NCBI GenBank assembly: GCA_035261845.1
Contig: DATFTN010000159.1
Span: 192-64,191, forward strand
Direction: 5' to 3'
Source of the DNA: Myxococcales bacterium
Lineage (GTDB): Bacteria > Myxococcota > Myxococcia > Myxococcales > 40CM-4-68-19
Length of the DNA: 64,000 nt
Shown here: positions 10,876 through 22,376 of the stretch, in pieces
How the letters are laid out: each line of letters begins with the position of its first letter
Numbering within the stretch: the stretch's first letter is position 1
Program-made: the position numbers and the translations under genes
The notes under the pieces: model-generated
What the model was told of the DNA's origin: nothing
The model's database searches: none
The model's input: the letters and a program-made list of their open reading frames with translations, nothing else

Positions 10876-11766
10876 TTACTTGAGCGCCTCGGCGCCGCTG
10901 ACGATTTCCATCAGCTCCTTGGTGATCGCCGCCTGGCGCGCGCGGTTGTAGTCGAGGGTGAGCCGCCCGATCATCTCGGATGCGTTCTTGGTGGCGGAGT
11001 CCATCGCGGTCATGCGCGCGCCGTGCTCGCTGGCCTCGGATTCCAGCAAAGCGCGCCAGATCTGCATCGCCAAGAAGCGCGGGATGAGCGCCTGCAGCAC
11101 CTCGGGCCGGCTGGGCTCGAAGACGTGCTCGGGGCGGATGAAGCCTTTCTCGCCCGACGCGGTGGGCGCCTGGGAACGCGGCTGCAGGGGCAAGAGCTGC
11201 ACCAGGCTGATCTGCTGCACGATCGCGCTCTTGAACTCGTTGTAGAGCAGGTACACCGCGTCGAGCTCGTCCTGCTCGTACGCCTGGATCAGGTCCTCGG
11301 CCACCTCGCGCGCCTGCGCGTACCGCAGGCGGCCGAAGAAGCCAACGTAATCCTTGCGCGTCTCGATCCCTCGCTTGCGGGCGAAGTCGCGCCCCCGGCG
11401 GCCGACGGTGGAGAACTGGATCCGCTCGAACCGGCTGCCCTCTTCCACCAGGAAGCGCTGGCCGCGGCGGATGATGTTCGAGTTGAACCCTCCGCAGAGC
11501 CCCCGGTCGGAGGTCATCAGCAGAAGCTCCACCCGGCAGAGCGGGCGGACGGCCATCAGCGGGTGGGGCGGGAGGTCCGCCTCGGCCCGGGCGCGCGACA
11601 GCTGCGCCAGCATCTCGTCGATGAGCTGGGCGTAGGGGCGGGCGCGCACCACCGCGTCCTGCGCGCGCCGCAGCTTGGCCGCCGCCACCATCTTCATGGC
11701 CTTGGTGATCTTCTGCGTATTCCGCACCGATCGGATGCGGGTGCGGATGAAGCGGAGAGACGCCAC
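10876..11766 (-). CDS. atpG: F1 ATP synthase subunit gamma
   Basis: Starts MASLRFIRTRIRSVRNTQKITKAMKMVAAAKLRRAQ and ends ITKELMEIVSGAEALK. Confidence 0.95.
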   Translation of the reverse strand: MASLRFIRTRIRSVRNTQKITKAMKMVAAAKLRRAQDAVVRARPYAQLIDEMLAQLSRARAEADLPPHPLMAVRPLCRVELLLMTSDRGLCGGFNSNIIRRGQRFLVEEGSRFERIQFSTVGRRGRDFARKRGIETRKDYVGFFGRLRYAQAREVAEDLIQAYEQDELDAVYLLYNEFKSAIVQQISLVQLLPLQPRSQAPTASGEKGFIRPEHVFEPSRPEVLQALIPRFLAMQIWRALLESEASEHGARMTAMDSATKNASEMIGRLTLDYNRARQAAITKELMEIVSGAEALK

Positions 11767-11772
11767 GTTCCC

Positions 11773-13317
<1,545 letters not shown>

Positions 13318-13339
13318 CTCGTCGTTTCTCCCGTGTTTC

Positions 13340-13888
13340 CTAGAGAGCGCCGCCCTTCAGCTCGCGCTTCATGCGCTCCAGCTGCGTGCGGATGCTGCCG
13401 TCCCATTCCCGGGCGCCCACTTGAGCGATCAGCCCCCCGACGATCCCGGGGTCGGCGCGCGCCTCCAGCACGATGGTGCGCCGGGTCGCCTCCGCCAGCA
13501 CCTCGCGCACGCGGCGCAGCTCGTCGTCGTTCATCGGTTTGGCGCTGGTCACCGTGGCGCGGACGCGGCCCACCTTCTCGTCCACCATCTCCGCGTAGCT
13601 GCGCGCGATGGCCGGGACCTCCGCCAGCCGGTGGCGATCGACCAGGAGGTGGAGGAAGTTCGTCAAAAGCAAAGACAGCGACAGGCTCCGCGCCAGGACG
13701 TCGACCAGCGCGTGCCGCTGCCCCGGCGTGTAGCCCGGGTTCTCCACCACCGTGCGGGCCTCGTTGGAAGCGCGGATCGCCTGGGCCACCGCGTCCAGCT
13801 CCTCCCCCGTGCGCTCGTGCTTGCCCTCTTCCAGGGCGAGCGAGAACAGCGCGCGGGCATAGCGGCGGGAAATGCTGGCCTCGATCAC
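13340..13888 (-). CDS. atpH: F1 ATP synthase subunit delta (OSCP)
   Basis: GTG at 13888 gives [15 protein letters not shown]..., the typical delta N-terminus, and a normal length of 182 aa. The ORF track extends to 14065. Confidence 0.85.
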   Translation of the reverse strand: MIEASISRRYARALFSLALEEGKHERTGEELDAVAQAIRASNEARTVVENPGYTPGQRHALVDVLARSLSLSLLLTNFLHLLVDRHRLAEVPAIARSYAEMVDEKVGRVRATVTSAKPMNDDELRRVREVLAEATRRTIVLEARADPGIVGGLIAQVGAREWDGSIRTQLERMKRELKGGAL

Positions 13889-14015
13889 TGCAAAACCCTC
13901 GATTTCGCTCGCTTGGGGGCGCGAAAGACGCGGTTCCGTAGCACGGAGCCCCTGGTCGGTCAATGACGGCTCGAGGCCCTTTGCACTCGTTTTCGGGCGG
14001 CGCCAGATTGCCGCC

Positions 14016-14450
14016 ATGAAGGTGATCATCCAGGGGAAGCAGCTGCGCCTGTCGCGAGGGCTCAAGAGCTACGCCCAGAAGCACGTGGTGGGCCCGCTCA
14101 ATCGCTTCTACGACAACGAGGCGGCCGAGCTCCGCGTCGAGCTGGGCGACGTGAACGGCTCCAAGGGCGGGGTGGACAAGGAGTGTCACCTCACGCTGCA
14201 CATGCCGGGCGCGCGCACCATCCAGATCGAGGAGACGACGCCCGACTCTTACGCGTCCATGGACTCGGCCAGGGATCGGCTGGTGCGCGCCGCCAAGAAG
14301 GAGCTGGAGCGGATGCGCCGGCCCAGCCGGCGGCACAGGGAGCACCCCCTCGCCACGCTGGTGGCGGAGGGAGGCGTGCCCGGCGGGCTGATCGAGGACC
14401 TGCCGAACGCCGCCCCGACCGGCGCGCGCCCTCGCCGCCGCCGGCGGTAG
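14016..14450 (+). CDS. hpf: ribosome hibernation/modulation factor (HPF/RaiA family) with Arg-rich tail
   Basis: ATG at 14016. MKVIIQGKQLRLSRGLKSYAQKHV matches the S30AE/HPF N-terminal pattern. Confidence 0.8.
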   Translation: MKVIIQGKQLRLSRGLKSYAQKHVVGPLNRFYDNEAAELRVELGDVNGSKGGVDKECHLTLHMPGARTIQIEETTPDSYASMDSARDRLVRAAKKELERMRRPSRRHREHPLATLVAEGGVPGGLIEDLPNAAPTGARPRRRRR

Positions 14451-14599
14451 CGGCCGGCCCTTGACCGACCCTTTGCGCTGGTTACGTTCGCTCGCGTCGC
14501 AGGAAGGCGGGGCGAGGGCCCGGCGGCCTGCGGCACGTGGCGCCGTGTTGGCGCGCAAAAGAGGCTTTTCGTTTTTCAAATTTCAAAGGAGGCATTGCC

Positions 14600-15079
14600 A
14601 TGGCCATTACCCGGTACGACCCCTTCCGCGATCTGTTCCGGCTGCAGGACCATCTGTTCCGAAGCTTCGGCGAGGCGTACGGCACCCGAGAGGAGAGCGC
14701 CCTGACCGGCGCGTGGACTCCCGCGGTCGACGTGTTCGAGGACGCCGATGCGATCACCCTCAAGCTGGAGGTCCCCGAGGTCGACGCGAAGGACGTGGAC
14801 ATCCAGGTCGAGGCGAATCAGCTGACCGTGCGCGGTGAGCGCAAGCTGGAGAAGGCGGAGGAGCGCGACGGCTACCACCGCATCGAGCGGAGCTACGGCG
14901 CGTTCAGCCGCAGCTTCACGCTGCCCAGCACGGTGGACTCCGAGCACATCTCGGCGGAGAGCAAGGACGGCGTGCTGCGCATCGTGCTGCCCAAGCGGGC
15001 CGAGACCAAGCCGCGGCAGATCAAGGTGCAGGTCGAGTCTGCCCGCCCCAGCCAGGCGGCGGCCGCGACCAAGCAGTAA
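14600..15079 (+). CDS. Hsp20/alpha-crystallin small heat-shock protein
   Basis: ATG at 14600, 7 nt after GGAGG. Alpha-crystallin core AVDVFEDADAITLKLEVPEV...GVLRIVLPK. Confidence 0.92.
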   Translation: MAITRYDPFRDLFRLQDHLFRSFGEAYGTREESALTGAWTPAVDVFEDADAITLKLEVPEVDAKDVDIQVEANQLTVRGERKLEKAEERDGYHRIERSYGAFSRSFTLPSTVDSEHISAESKDGVLRIVLPKRAETKPRQIKVQVESARPSQAAAATKQ

Positions 15080-15112
15080 CTGCCGCACCGCGAAACAGGA
15101 CGCGAGAGGACG

Positions 15113-15159
15113 GCGAGGCGGAGCACCCCTTCGAGGGGGGGCTCCGCCTCGCTTTGTCT
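15113..15159. terminator. bidirectional intrinsic terminator between convergent hsp20 and the bactofilin gene
   Basis: Perfect 12-bp stem GCGAGGCGGAGC (15113-15124) pairing with GCTCCGCCTCGC (15141-15152). Followed by TTTGTCT on the plus strand. Confidence 0.6.
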
Positions 15160-15179
15160 GGAAAGGCGCAGCGCCGCGG

Positions 15180-15635
15180 CTAGTGCGCCGATTCGGGCGT
15201 CGGCATCGGCCGGCGTGGCCCGCCTGAAGTCGAGGGGGGAGCGCCGCTCGTGTCCATCTTGCAGTTGCCCTCGAAGAACACCCCGCGCTCGATCACGATC
15301 GAAGCGGTGGTGAGCGTCCCGCGGACCTTGGCGGGCGCCTTGATCTCGATGCCCTTGCTGGCCTTCGCGTCGCCGCTGTACTCGCCGACGATGATCAGCG
15401 AGCCCACCTGGATCTGGCCCTTGACCTCCGCGCCCTCGCCGATCATGAGCGTGTCGGTCGAAACGATCTCTCCGGTGAACTTGCCGTCGATGCGCACCGT
15501 GCCTTCGAACAAGAGCTTGCCCTCGAACGAGCTGCCCTTGCCGAGCAGGGCATTCAGCTCGCCCGTTCCGCGCGCCGCGCTGGCGGCTCCGATCGCGGTC
15601 GGGCCCTTCTCCACCTCATCCCTGCGCATTGCCAT
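15180..15635 (-). CDS. bactofilin (polymer-forming cytoskeletal protein)
   Basis: ATG at 15635. Repetitive beta-helix pattern G.L.F.G.V.I.G.F.GEI and a Pro-rich C-terminal tail. Confidence 0.88.
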   Translation of the reverse strand: MAMRRDEVEKGPTAIGAASAARGTGELNALLGKGSSFEGKLLFEGTVRIDGKFTGEIVSTDTLMIGEGAEVKGQIQVGSLIIVGEYSGDAKASKGIEIKAPAKVRGTLTTASIVIERGVFFEGNCKMDTSGAPPSTSGGPRRPMPTPESAH

Positions 15636-15701
15636 GTGTGTCACCTCGTTCTGATGGGCTGTTCTAGCATCCACCCTGAACGCACGGCGACAAACGTTTC
15701 T

Positions 15702-17582
15702 TCACGCACGAATTCCGAACAATGCGAGCACGGAGAAGACCAGCACCAGGAGCGCTTCCCCGGCGATGAAGCCGGATGCGAGTGGGGTGCTGTAGGTCCG
15801 TTCGCTCTGGGGTGCGCGTTTCGCCCACAGGTAGCTGGCGATGCCACCCAACACCATCGGCATGGTCGAGTAGCCGGGGATCAGCATGCCCAGCCCGACG
15901 CCCGTGGGAGAAGGCACGTACTTATGCCAGCGTGGCTCGAGAACGGTGAGCAGTACGCCCAACACCAGCGCCACGAGCATCGCGGTGAAGCAGCCGCGGG
16001 GGAGCTGGTCGAAGCCGCGATTGAGCAGCTCGGCGAACCCGGCCCACTTGACGCTGATGGGCGAGGCGAGGCCTCCGCTGCCTCCGAACCCGTAGCGATC
16101 GCGCAGCGCCGGGTAGGCGATGGCCACCGCCGCCGAGCCCACCGGCACCGCCATCAGCTGGACGATGGTGAGGTGGCGGTTGTTCGCCCCCACGATCTTT
16201 CCGGCCTTGTAGTCCTGCATGAGGTGCTCGCCGTGCGCCGCCACCGTGCCGGACATGCCCGACCCGATCATGTTCACGGGCATGCTGCCGGGCGCCAGCG
16301 CGGCGAAGACGGCCTGCATGAGGTTCGCCAGCGCGCTGATCGGGGCCCAGTTGGTCTCGCCCAGGACGCGCGTGCCCACCAGCATCAGCACGAGCGAGAG
16401 GACCAGGGAGACCAGCGTGAGCCATACCGGGAAGTCGAGCGAGTAGTGCTGCACCACGCACAAGACGGCGGTGAGCACTCCCACCCCGACGGCGACGTAC
16501 TTGATCGGGAACTCCTCGCCGGCGGCGGCCAGCTCGCCCGCCCTGATGGAGGCGAAGCTGCGCACGATCGACTTCCATTTGAGCGCCAGCGCGGTGAGCC
16601 CGCCGGCGACCATCAAGCCGGTGGCAGGCCACATCACCCAGCGCAGCACCAGCGCGTAGGTCTGATCGGAGATGATCTGGCGCGCGGCGAGCATCGGCGG
16701 CGCGATCACCCAGGAGATCACCATGCCCAGGCCCATCGAGAGCGTGACGCGGAGACCCACCAGGATCCCGGAGCCGAAGGTGAGGAGGCTCAGCTCGGTT
16801 CCCATCCGCAGCGCGGGGCCGTGGGCGCCGAAGGGGATCTCGCCCGGGATGATCGGTAGGAGCTCCCGCGCCTTGCCGAAGAGCGCCGTCTTCCAGTGGA
16901 AGTCGCGGAAGAAGGCAGCCAGGGCGGAGAGGCCCAGGCCCCAACCGAGCGCGCGCACCCGGGCCCGCGCCTGGGTGCGGTCGAGGTCGAGCACCAGCAT
17001 CGTCTCGCCCGCGGCGGTACCGTCGGCGAAGGGCAGGTCCTCGTCGTCGATGTAGTGGCGGCGCAGGGGAACGGCGAGGAGCACGCCGATGAGGCCCGCC
17101 ACCGACAGCCACCCGAAGATCTGCAGGGAGGAGAGGTGGATCGAGAAGCCCAGCTCGGGGCGGGCATTGAGCATGTCCATGGCGGCCAGCACGACGCACA
17201 TGAACCCGGCCTCGCCGGCCGCCGTTCCGGCCGTCTGCACCAGGTTGTTCTCCCACCGGGTGCCGCGGGTCCCGGTGAACAACCCGATGCCGGCGAGCGC
17301 GAGGTACCCGAAGAAAGCGCTCACCACCGAAATGTTCGGCCCGTAGCCGATCTTGAGCACCACGTAGGGGTACGAGCCGCCGACGATGACCGCGACGACC
17401 ATCGCTGTCGCCACCGCGCGGAACGTCAGCTCCCGCCTCCGGGCCGGACCCGGCGCCGGCTGCACGGATCGCTCGCGCGGAGTGGGATGACTGACCGCGA
17501 TCTCGGGCGCCGGCAGGTCGTCCGCGCCCGCCTTCGGGACCTCTCCCCGCTGGATCTCTCTCATGCGGCGGCTCCTCGCCAA
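15702..17582 (-). CDS. OPT-family oligopeptide transporter
   Basis: 626-aa polytopic membrane protein. Contains ELTFRAV..GGSYPYVVLKIGYGPNISVV, typical of the OPT superfamily. Confidence 0.85.
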   Translation of the reverse strand: MARSRRMREIQRGEVPKAGADDLPAPEIAVSHPTPRERSVQPAPGPARRRELTFRAVATAMVVAVIVGGSYPYVVLKIGYGPNISVVSAFFGYLALAGIGLFTGTRGTRWENNLVQTAGTAAGEAGFMCVVLAAMDMLNARPELGFSIHLSSLQIFGWLSVAGLIGVLLAVPLRRHYIDDEDLPFADGTAAGETMLVLDLDRTQARARVRALGWGLGLSALAAFFRDFHWKTALFGKARELLPIIPGEIPFGAHGPALRMGTELSLLTFGSGILVGLRVTLSMGLGMVISWVIAPPMLAARQIISDQTYALVLRWVMWPATGLMVAGGLTALALKWKSIVRSFASIRAGELAAAGEEFPIKYVAVGVGVLTAVLCVVQHYSLDFPVWLTLVSLVLSLVLMLVGTRVLGETNWAPISALANLMQAVFAALAPGSMPVNMIGSGMSGTVAAHGEHLMQDYKAGKIVGANNRHLTIVQLMAVPVGSAAVAIAYPALRDRYGFGGSGGLASPISVKWAGFAELLNRGFDQLPRGCFTAMLVALVLGVLLTVLEPRWHKYVPSPTGVGLGMLIPGYSTMPMVLGGIASYLWAKRAPQSERTYSTPLASGFIAGEALLVLVFSVLALFGIRA

Positions 17583-17652
17583 GCCTGGGCCGGATCGACC
17601 GTCAAGAGACCACGGTTCCCGGCCCCAAGGGAACCGGGCCCGCTCGTCTTTG

Positions 17653-18516
17653 TCAGCCTTCCCCGAGGATGGACTTGAGGATCCGGTCGAGCTCGGCGTG
17701 GCTGTGGTAGCGGATCTCGACGGTCCCGGCGCCGTCGCGGTCGCGCAGGGCGACCTTCGCGCCCAGCTTGCGCTGCAGCCTCTCCACCACGTGCCGGAGC
17801 TGCACGCCGCCGTCGCGCGCGCGCTCCTGCCGGATCACCTTCTTGCCCTTCAGGTGCTGGACGAGCTGCTCGACCTGGCGCACCGAGAGGGCCTCGGTGA
17901 TCACTTTCTCCGCGGCGCGCCGCAGGTCGGTCTCGTCGCCCAGCGCGAGCAGCGCCCTGGCATGGCCCATAGTGAGCGCCCCGGACGACATCGCCAGCTT
18001 GATCGGCTCCGGCAACCGGAGGAGCCGGAGCGCGTTGGCGACCGTCGACCGATCCTTGCCGACCCGCTGGGCCAGCTCCTCCTGGGTGAGACCGTGGTAC
18101 TCGATCAGCCGCTGGTAGGCCTCGGCCTCCTCGATCGCGTTCAGGTCCTCGCGCTGGATGTTCTCGATCAGGGCCAGCTCGAACGCCTCCGGCTCGGAGA
18201 CGTCCCGGATGATGCAGGGCAGCTCCCGCAGCCCGGCGCGCTGGGCCGCGCGCCACCGCCGCTCGCCCGCCACCAGGGCGTAGCCCTCTCCCTCGCGGCG
18301 GACCAGGAGCGGCTGGAGGACTCCCTTCGCCCGGATCGACTCGGCCAGCTCCAGGATGTGCTGCTCGTCGAAGTATCGCCGGGGCTGGCCGCGGTCGGGC
18401 TGGATCTCCTCGATCCCCAGCATGACCACGCCCTTGCGCTCCACGGCCGAACCGCCCGGGATCAGCGCGCTCAATCCCCGGCCGAGGGCGGGCCTCTTCA
18501 TCGACTTTTGCTCCAT
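17653..18516 (-). CDS. parB: chromosome partitioning protein ParB
   Basis: GERRWRAA and LIENIQREDL motifs plus an HTH region. ATG at 18516, with an alternative at 18501. The long 5' extension in the ORF track is Arg-rich and spurious. Confidence 0.95.
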   Translation of the reverse strand: MEQKSMKRPALGRGLSALIPGGSAVERKGVVMLGIEEIQPDRGQPRRYFDEQHILELAESIRAKGVLQPLLVRREGEGYALVAGERRWRAAQRAGLRELPCIIRDVSEPEAFELALIENIQREDLNAIEEAEAYQRLIEYHGLTQEELAQRVGKDRSTVANALRLLRLPEPIKLAMSSGALTMGHARALLALGDETDLRRAAEKVITEALSVRQVEQLVQHLKGKKVIRQERARDGGVQLRHVVERLQRKLGAKVALRDRDGAGTVEIRYHSHAELDRILKSILGEG

Positions 18517-19316
18517 CCGCTCTCTCTCCTGACCTCCGCTTCCGCGCCGGCGGCGCACCTCTTCAAGAGCTCCTTGGCGAGCGCGAGATAGCTCTGCGCT
18601 CCCTTGGACTCGATGTCGTAGAGGAGCGCGGGCCGGCCGTGGCTGGGCGCCTCCGAGAGCCGCACGTTGCGAGGGATGACGGTGGCGTAGACCTGCCCGG
18701 GCAGATTCGCCTGCACGTCGACCATCACCTGCCCGGCGAGGTTGTTGCGGGCGTCGAACATGGTGAGGACCACGCCCTCGAGCCCCAGCTCGCGGTTGAA
18801 GCTCCCGCGGACCAGATCGATCGTGCGCAAGAGCGAGCCGAGCCCTTCCAGCGCGTAGTACTCGCACTGCAGCGGCACCAGCACGCGATCGGCGGCGACC
18901 AGCCCGTTGAGCGTCAAGAGGCCCAGCGAAGGCGGGCAGTCGATGAGCACGAATTCGTAGTCGCCGCGGACGGGCTCCAGCGCCCGCCGGAGCCGCGTCT
19001 CGCGGCCGCTGGCGGACACCAGCTCCAGCTCCGCGCCGACCAGGTCCGGGTCCGAGGGCAAGAGAAACAGCCCTTCCAGGCCGGCAGGGCGGATCGCCGC
19101 CCGGGCCGGCGCCTCTCCCAAGAGCGCGTGATAAATGGAAGGTTGCTCCGAGGAGTCGCGCGCCACGCCGAGACCGCTGGTGGCGTTGCCTTGCGGGTCG
19201 AGGTCGACGAGCAGCGTTCGCCGCTCGGAAACTGCCAGTGATGCAGCCAGGTTGACCGCCGTGGTGGTCTTCCCCACGCCGCCCTTCTGGTTTGCGATCG
19301 CCAGGACGAGCGCCAT
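18498..19316 (-). CDS. parA: chromosome partitioning ATPase ParA/Soj
   Basis: Starts MALVLAIANQKGGVGKTTT, containing the deviant Walker A. ATG at 19316. Confidence 0.95.
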   Translation of the reverse strand: MALVLAIANQKGGVGKTTTAVNLAASLAVSERRTLLVDLDPQGNATSGLGVARDSSEQPSIYHALLGEAPARAAIRPAGLEGLFLLPSDPDLVGAELELVSASGRETRLRRALEPVRGDYEFVLIDCPPSLGLLTLNGLVAADRVLVPLQCEYYALEGLGSLLRTIDLVRGSFNRELGLEGVVLTMFDARNNLAGQVMVDVQANLPGQVYATVIPRNVRLSEAPSHGRPALLYDIESKGAQSYLALAKELLKRCAAGAEAEVRRESGWSKSR

Positions 19317-19378
19317 GTCCCTCCGCGGCACGGCCGTCGTTCGGGCAGTATCACGCGCCTCCGCCGGGGCGCAAGGAT

Positions 19379-19392
19379 GTTCCACGTGGAAC
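19379..19392. other. parS centromere-like ParB-binding site 1
   Basis: Perfect palindrome GTTCCACGTGGAAC (16-mer TGTTCCACGTGGAACG). Lies 62 bp upstream of the parA ATG in the rsmG-parA spacer. Confidence 0.85.
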
Positions 19393-19399
19393 GGCCGGC

Positions 19400-20044
19400 T
19401 CAGGACTTCCGCTGGAAGGCGGCGATCCGCCGCTCGGCGCGCGAGATGGGCAGCCGGTATCCGAGCTCCCGGCGCAGGACGAGATCGCCGTGCGCTTCGG
19501 GAACCGCGTCCGAGGGCCCGAGCATGCAGAAGGCGAAGCCGCCGGGGAGCACGTAGGGCTCCGCCAGGGCGAGCCAGGCGCGCGGCTCCGCGACGGCGCG
19601 GGACACCGCCGCATGCACGCGAGGAAGATGCTCGCCGGCCGGGTCGCCCCGCAGCCTGACCGCCACCGCGCGCGCCGACGGGAGCCGCAGCTCCGCCAGC
19701 AAGCTCTTCAAGAACGCCACCTTCTTGTGCACGGAGTCGACCAGCACGACTTCCACGTCGGCGCGAGCGATGCGAACGGGCACTCCCGGAAATCCGGCGC
19801 CGGTGCCCGCGTCCAGAAGCGTCCCGGCCGGAACCAGGGGGGCGAGCGCGAGGGAGTCGATCACGTGCTTCTCCACCACCTCGGCCGGATCGGTGATCGC
19901 GGTCAGGTTGATCGACTTGTTCCAGCGGAGCAGCAGGTCGACGTGGCGCGAGAGCAGGGCGATCTGATCGCGATCGAGCCGCAGCCCGATCGCCGCGGCG
20001 CCCTCTTCGAGCAACCGGATCTGTTCCACGTGGAACGTCGGCAT
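19400..20044 (-). CDS. rsmG: 16S rRNA (guanine527-N7)-methyltransferase
   Basis: SAM-binding motif DAGTGAGFPG. ATG at 20044 (MPTFHVEQ...). Confidence 0.9.
   Translation of the reverse strand: MPTFHVEQIRLLEEGAAAIGLRLDRDQIALLSRHVDLLLRWNKSINLTAITDPAEVVEKHVIDSLALAPLVPAGTLLDAGTGAGFPGVPVRIARADVEVVLVDSVHKKVAFLKSLLAELRLPSARAVAVRLRGDPAGEHLPRVHAAVSRAVAEPRAWLALAEPYVLPGGFAFCMLGPSDAVPEAHGDLVLRRELGYRLPISRAERRIAAFQRKS
20023..20036. other. parS site 2 (inside rsmG codons 3-8)
   Basis: Same 16-mer TGTTCCACGTGGAACG. Encodes F-H-V-E of RsmG. Confidence 0.85.
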
Positions 20045-20460
20045 CGCGTTCGCCTCCGCCGGCGTTCTGTTGACCGCGATCTGTTGGGGGGTCAAGGGGC
20101 GAGCGAGTTCTCCCGATGGGTCACTTCTTCGCTTCACGATTGCGAGCGCCGTCGATTCGCGAACCCGCGTCCGAGGAAAAAGCGACCGTCGGTCTCGGTG
20201 CTTTTCAGAGGGAGCTAGTGGGAAGTGGCGCAAGCCCGGGCGACCTCCCGGGTCGCCGGTGCCGGAGCTCGACTTGTTCCGGGACGGGCCGCATTGCGTC
20301 AAACGCCCAGTTGCCGAAGTTCACTGAGGTCTCCTGGCCGTGCGAGCTGGCTTGTCCACCCGCGCACTCGAGTCCCCTGGAAAGCAATCGAGATCCTCGT
20401 GGAGTGATCCTCGGACGCGGAATTCACGATCGAAGAGCGTGCTGTCGCCGGTAGAGCGGA

Positions 20461-20694
20461 TCAACTGCCGCGGCGGCCGTGGCCGCGAATCGCCTCTTCG
20501 ACTTCCTCGGCGTGCTCGACCAGGTACTTCTCCACCTGCTCGTCCGTCAGCCCGAGGTCGCGGAGGATTCCTTCGTACAACGAGATGGTCTTCTTCTGGT
20601 CGTCTCCCGCCCGGCGCTGCAAGAGAGCCTTGACCACCGCCGCTCCGAGGAGCGGATTGCGGCGCCGCTTCTCGGACGGGATCCTGCCCGTCAT
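20461..20694 (-). CDS. small hypothetical protein (77 aa) coupled to yidC
   Basis: Its ATG overlaps the yidC stop (ATGA at 20691-20694). Acidic helical C-terminal half. Occupies the position usually held by jag. Confidence 0.45.
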   Translation of the reverse strand: MTGRIPSEKRRRNPLLGAAVVKALLQRRAGDDQKKTISLYEGILRDLGLTDEQVEKYLVEHAEEVEEAIRGHGRRGS

Positions 20695-22376
20695 GCGCGC
20701 CGCGGTGTGACTGCCAGGGTCTGGCTACTCGCCGGAGGCGGGCGCATCGCCCGGCGGAGCCACATCTGCTGGAGGATGGAAAGGACGTTGTTGACGAAGA
20801 TGTAGAGGGTGAGCCCGGAGGGCAGGTTGAGCATGAGGAAGGAGAAGAAGACGCTCATCGCGTAGCCCATGTACTTCTGCTGCGGGTTGGACATGGGCGT
20901 CGGCGTGAGCATCTGCGTCAGCAGCATCGTCACGCCCATCGCGACCGGCAGGACGTAGATCGGGTCCTTGGCCGTGAGGTCGTCCAGCCACCCCGGGATG
21001 AACACCGAGTTGTACAGCTCCACCGAGACCTGGAGGGTGGTGTAGAGCGCGAGCCAGATGGGCATCTGGATGAGCATGGGCAGGCAGCTGCCCATGGGAT
21101 TCACCCCGTGTTCCTTGAACAGCTTCATCTGCTCGACGTTCTGCCGCTGCTGATCGCCCGCGTACTTCTTCTTGATCTCCTCGATCTGCGGCTGGAGCTT
21201 CTGCATCTCCTGCATGCTCTTCATCGACTTGTGCTGCAGGGGGAAGGTCAGGATCTTCACCGTGACGGTGAGCAGGATGATGGCGACGCCCCAGTTGTGG
21301 GGCGGCACGACGCGGTAGAAGAACTTCATCACCGCCAGGAGCACGTTGGCGATCACCGACCAGAAGCCCAGGTCCACCGAGTCCTTCAGGACGGAGGCGA
21401 CCGCCCCCAACTCGTCCGTGTCCTTGGGCCCGGCGTAGACGAGCAAGGGGATCGCCGCGGTCCCTCCCGCAGGCACCGAGACGGGCACGGTCAGGGTCGT
21501 CAGGAGCGCCCCGTCCGGCCTGGCCTCGAGGCGGCAGGTCGCCGTGGACCCCGGCGGCGGCACCACCGCGCGGACGAAGTACTGCTCGTCGATGCCCGCG
21601 AACGCCGCCGCGCCCGGACCTTCCCAGACCGAGTGCTTGTCGCCCACGGCGATGTGCTCGAGCTTGTTCCCGGCCTTGCAGATCGGCCGCGCGGGAGTGG
21701 TGGTGTGCCCGCTGAAGAATCCTCCCGAGGGCGCCTCGCCGTGGCCGGTCGAGAGCACCGCGAGCTGCCCCGCGAGCTGTGTCTCGGACCGGACCTCGAT
21801 GGCGAGGTCCAATCTGTAGAGCTGCGGATCCAGGGTGAACGTCTTGAGGACCGTCACTCCGCCGGCGACCGTGCGAAAGACGGCGGAACGTCCGTCCTGC
21901 CGGATCAGCTCGTAGCCCGCGTCGGCCGGGACCAGATCGGCGCCGGCTCCGTCGCGCAAGGCGGTGGCGAGCGGCAGCGGCAGCCCAGGCTGGGGCTCGA
22001 CCAGGTCCACGTGGGTGACCTGGGGGGACCCGCGCTTGCGCCGCTGGAACTTCTCTCCCTTGAGCTGCACCGAGCGGAGCGCCGCTCCTTCGGAGGTGAG
22101 CACCACGTGCAGCTTCTCGGAATCCAGCGCGACGGTGCGCTCGGGAGGGCGCGGCACAGGCGTCGCGCGCGGAGCTCCGTTCCCCGCCGTGGGAGGAGAT
22201 CCAGGGGCGGGAGCGGGCGAGGGAGTCGCGGCCGGAGCGGGCTGCGCCGGCTGCGTCGCGGCCTGCGGCGGGACGGTGTGCGGCTGCGACTTGGGCTGGA
22301 AGATCAGGCTCCAGACCAGCGCCACGGCCATGCACAGGACCACGGTCAAGAGCAGTCGCTGGTTCGAGTCTTTCAT
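20691..22376 (-). CDS. yidC: membrane protein insertase YidC
   Basis: ATG at 22376 ([22 protein letters not shown]). Pro-rich linker, periplasmic domain and conserved C-terminal 5-TM core ([11 protein letters not shown]...). Confidence 0.93.
   Translation of the reverse strand: MKDSNQRLLLTVVLCMAVALVWSLIFQPKSQPHTVPPQAATQPAQPAPAATPSPAPAPGSPPTAGNGAPRATPVPRPPERTVALDSEKLHVVLTSEGAALRSVQLKGEKFQRRKRGSPQVTHVDLVEPQPGLPLPLATALRDGAGADLVPADAGYELIRQDGRSAVFRTVAGGVTVLKTFTLDPQLYRLDLAIEVRSETQLAGQLAVLSTGHGEAPSGGFFSGHTTTPARPICKAGNKLEHIAVGDKHSVWEGPGAAAFAGIDEQYFVRAVVPPPGSTATCRLEARPDGALLTTLTVPVSVPAGGTAAIPLLVYAGPKDTDELGAVASVLKDSVDLGFWSVIANVLLAVMKFFYRVVPPHNWGVAIILLTVTVKILTFPLQHKSMKSMQEMQKLQPQIEEIKKKYAGDQQRQNVEQMKLFKEHGVNPMGSCLPMLIQMPIWLALYTTLQVSVELYNSVFIPGWLDDLTAKDPIYVLPVAMGVTMLLTQMLTPTPMSNPQQKYMGYAMSVFFSFLMLNLPSGLTLYIFVNNVLSILQQMWLRRAMRPPPASSQTLAVTPRRA

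Noticed and set aside
14521-14560. Sigma-54-like GGCACG ... and TGGCGCGCAAAA strings upstream of hsp20
   Set aside because: No TTGC -12 element lies at the required spacing from either GG. They do not fit TGGCAC-N5-TTGCW.
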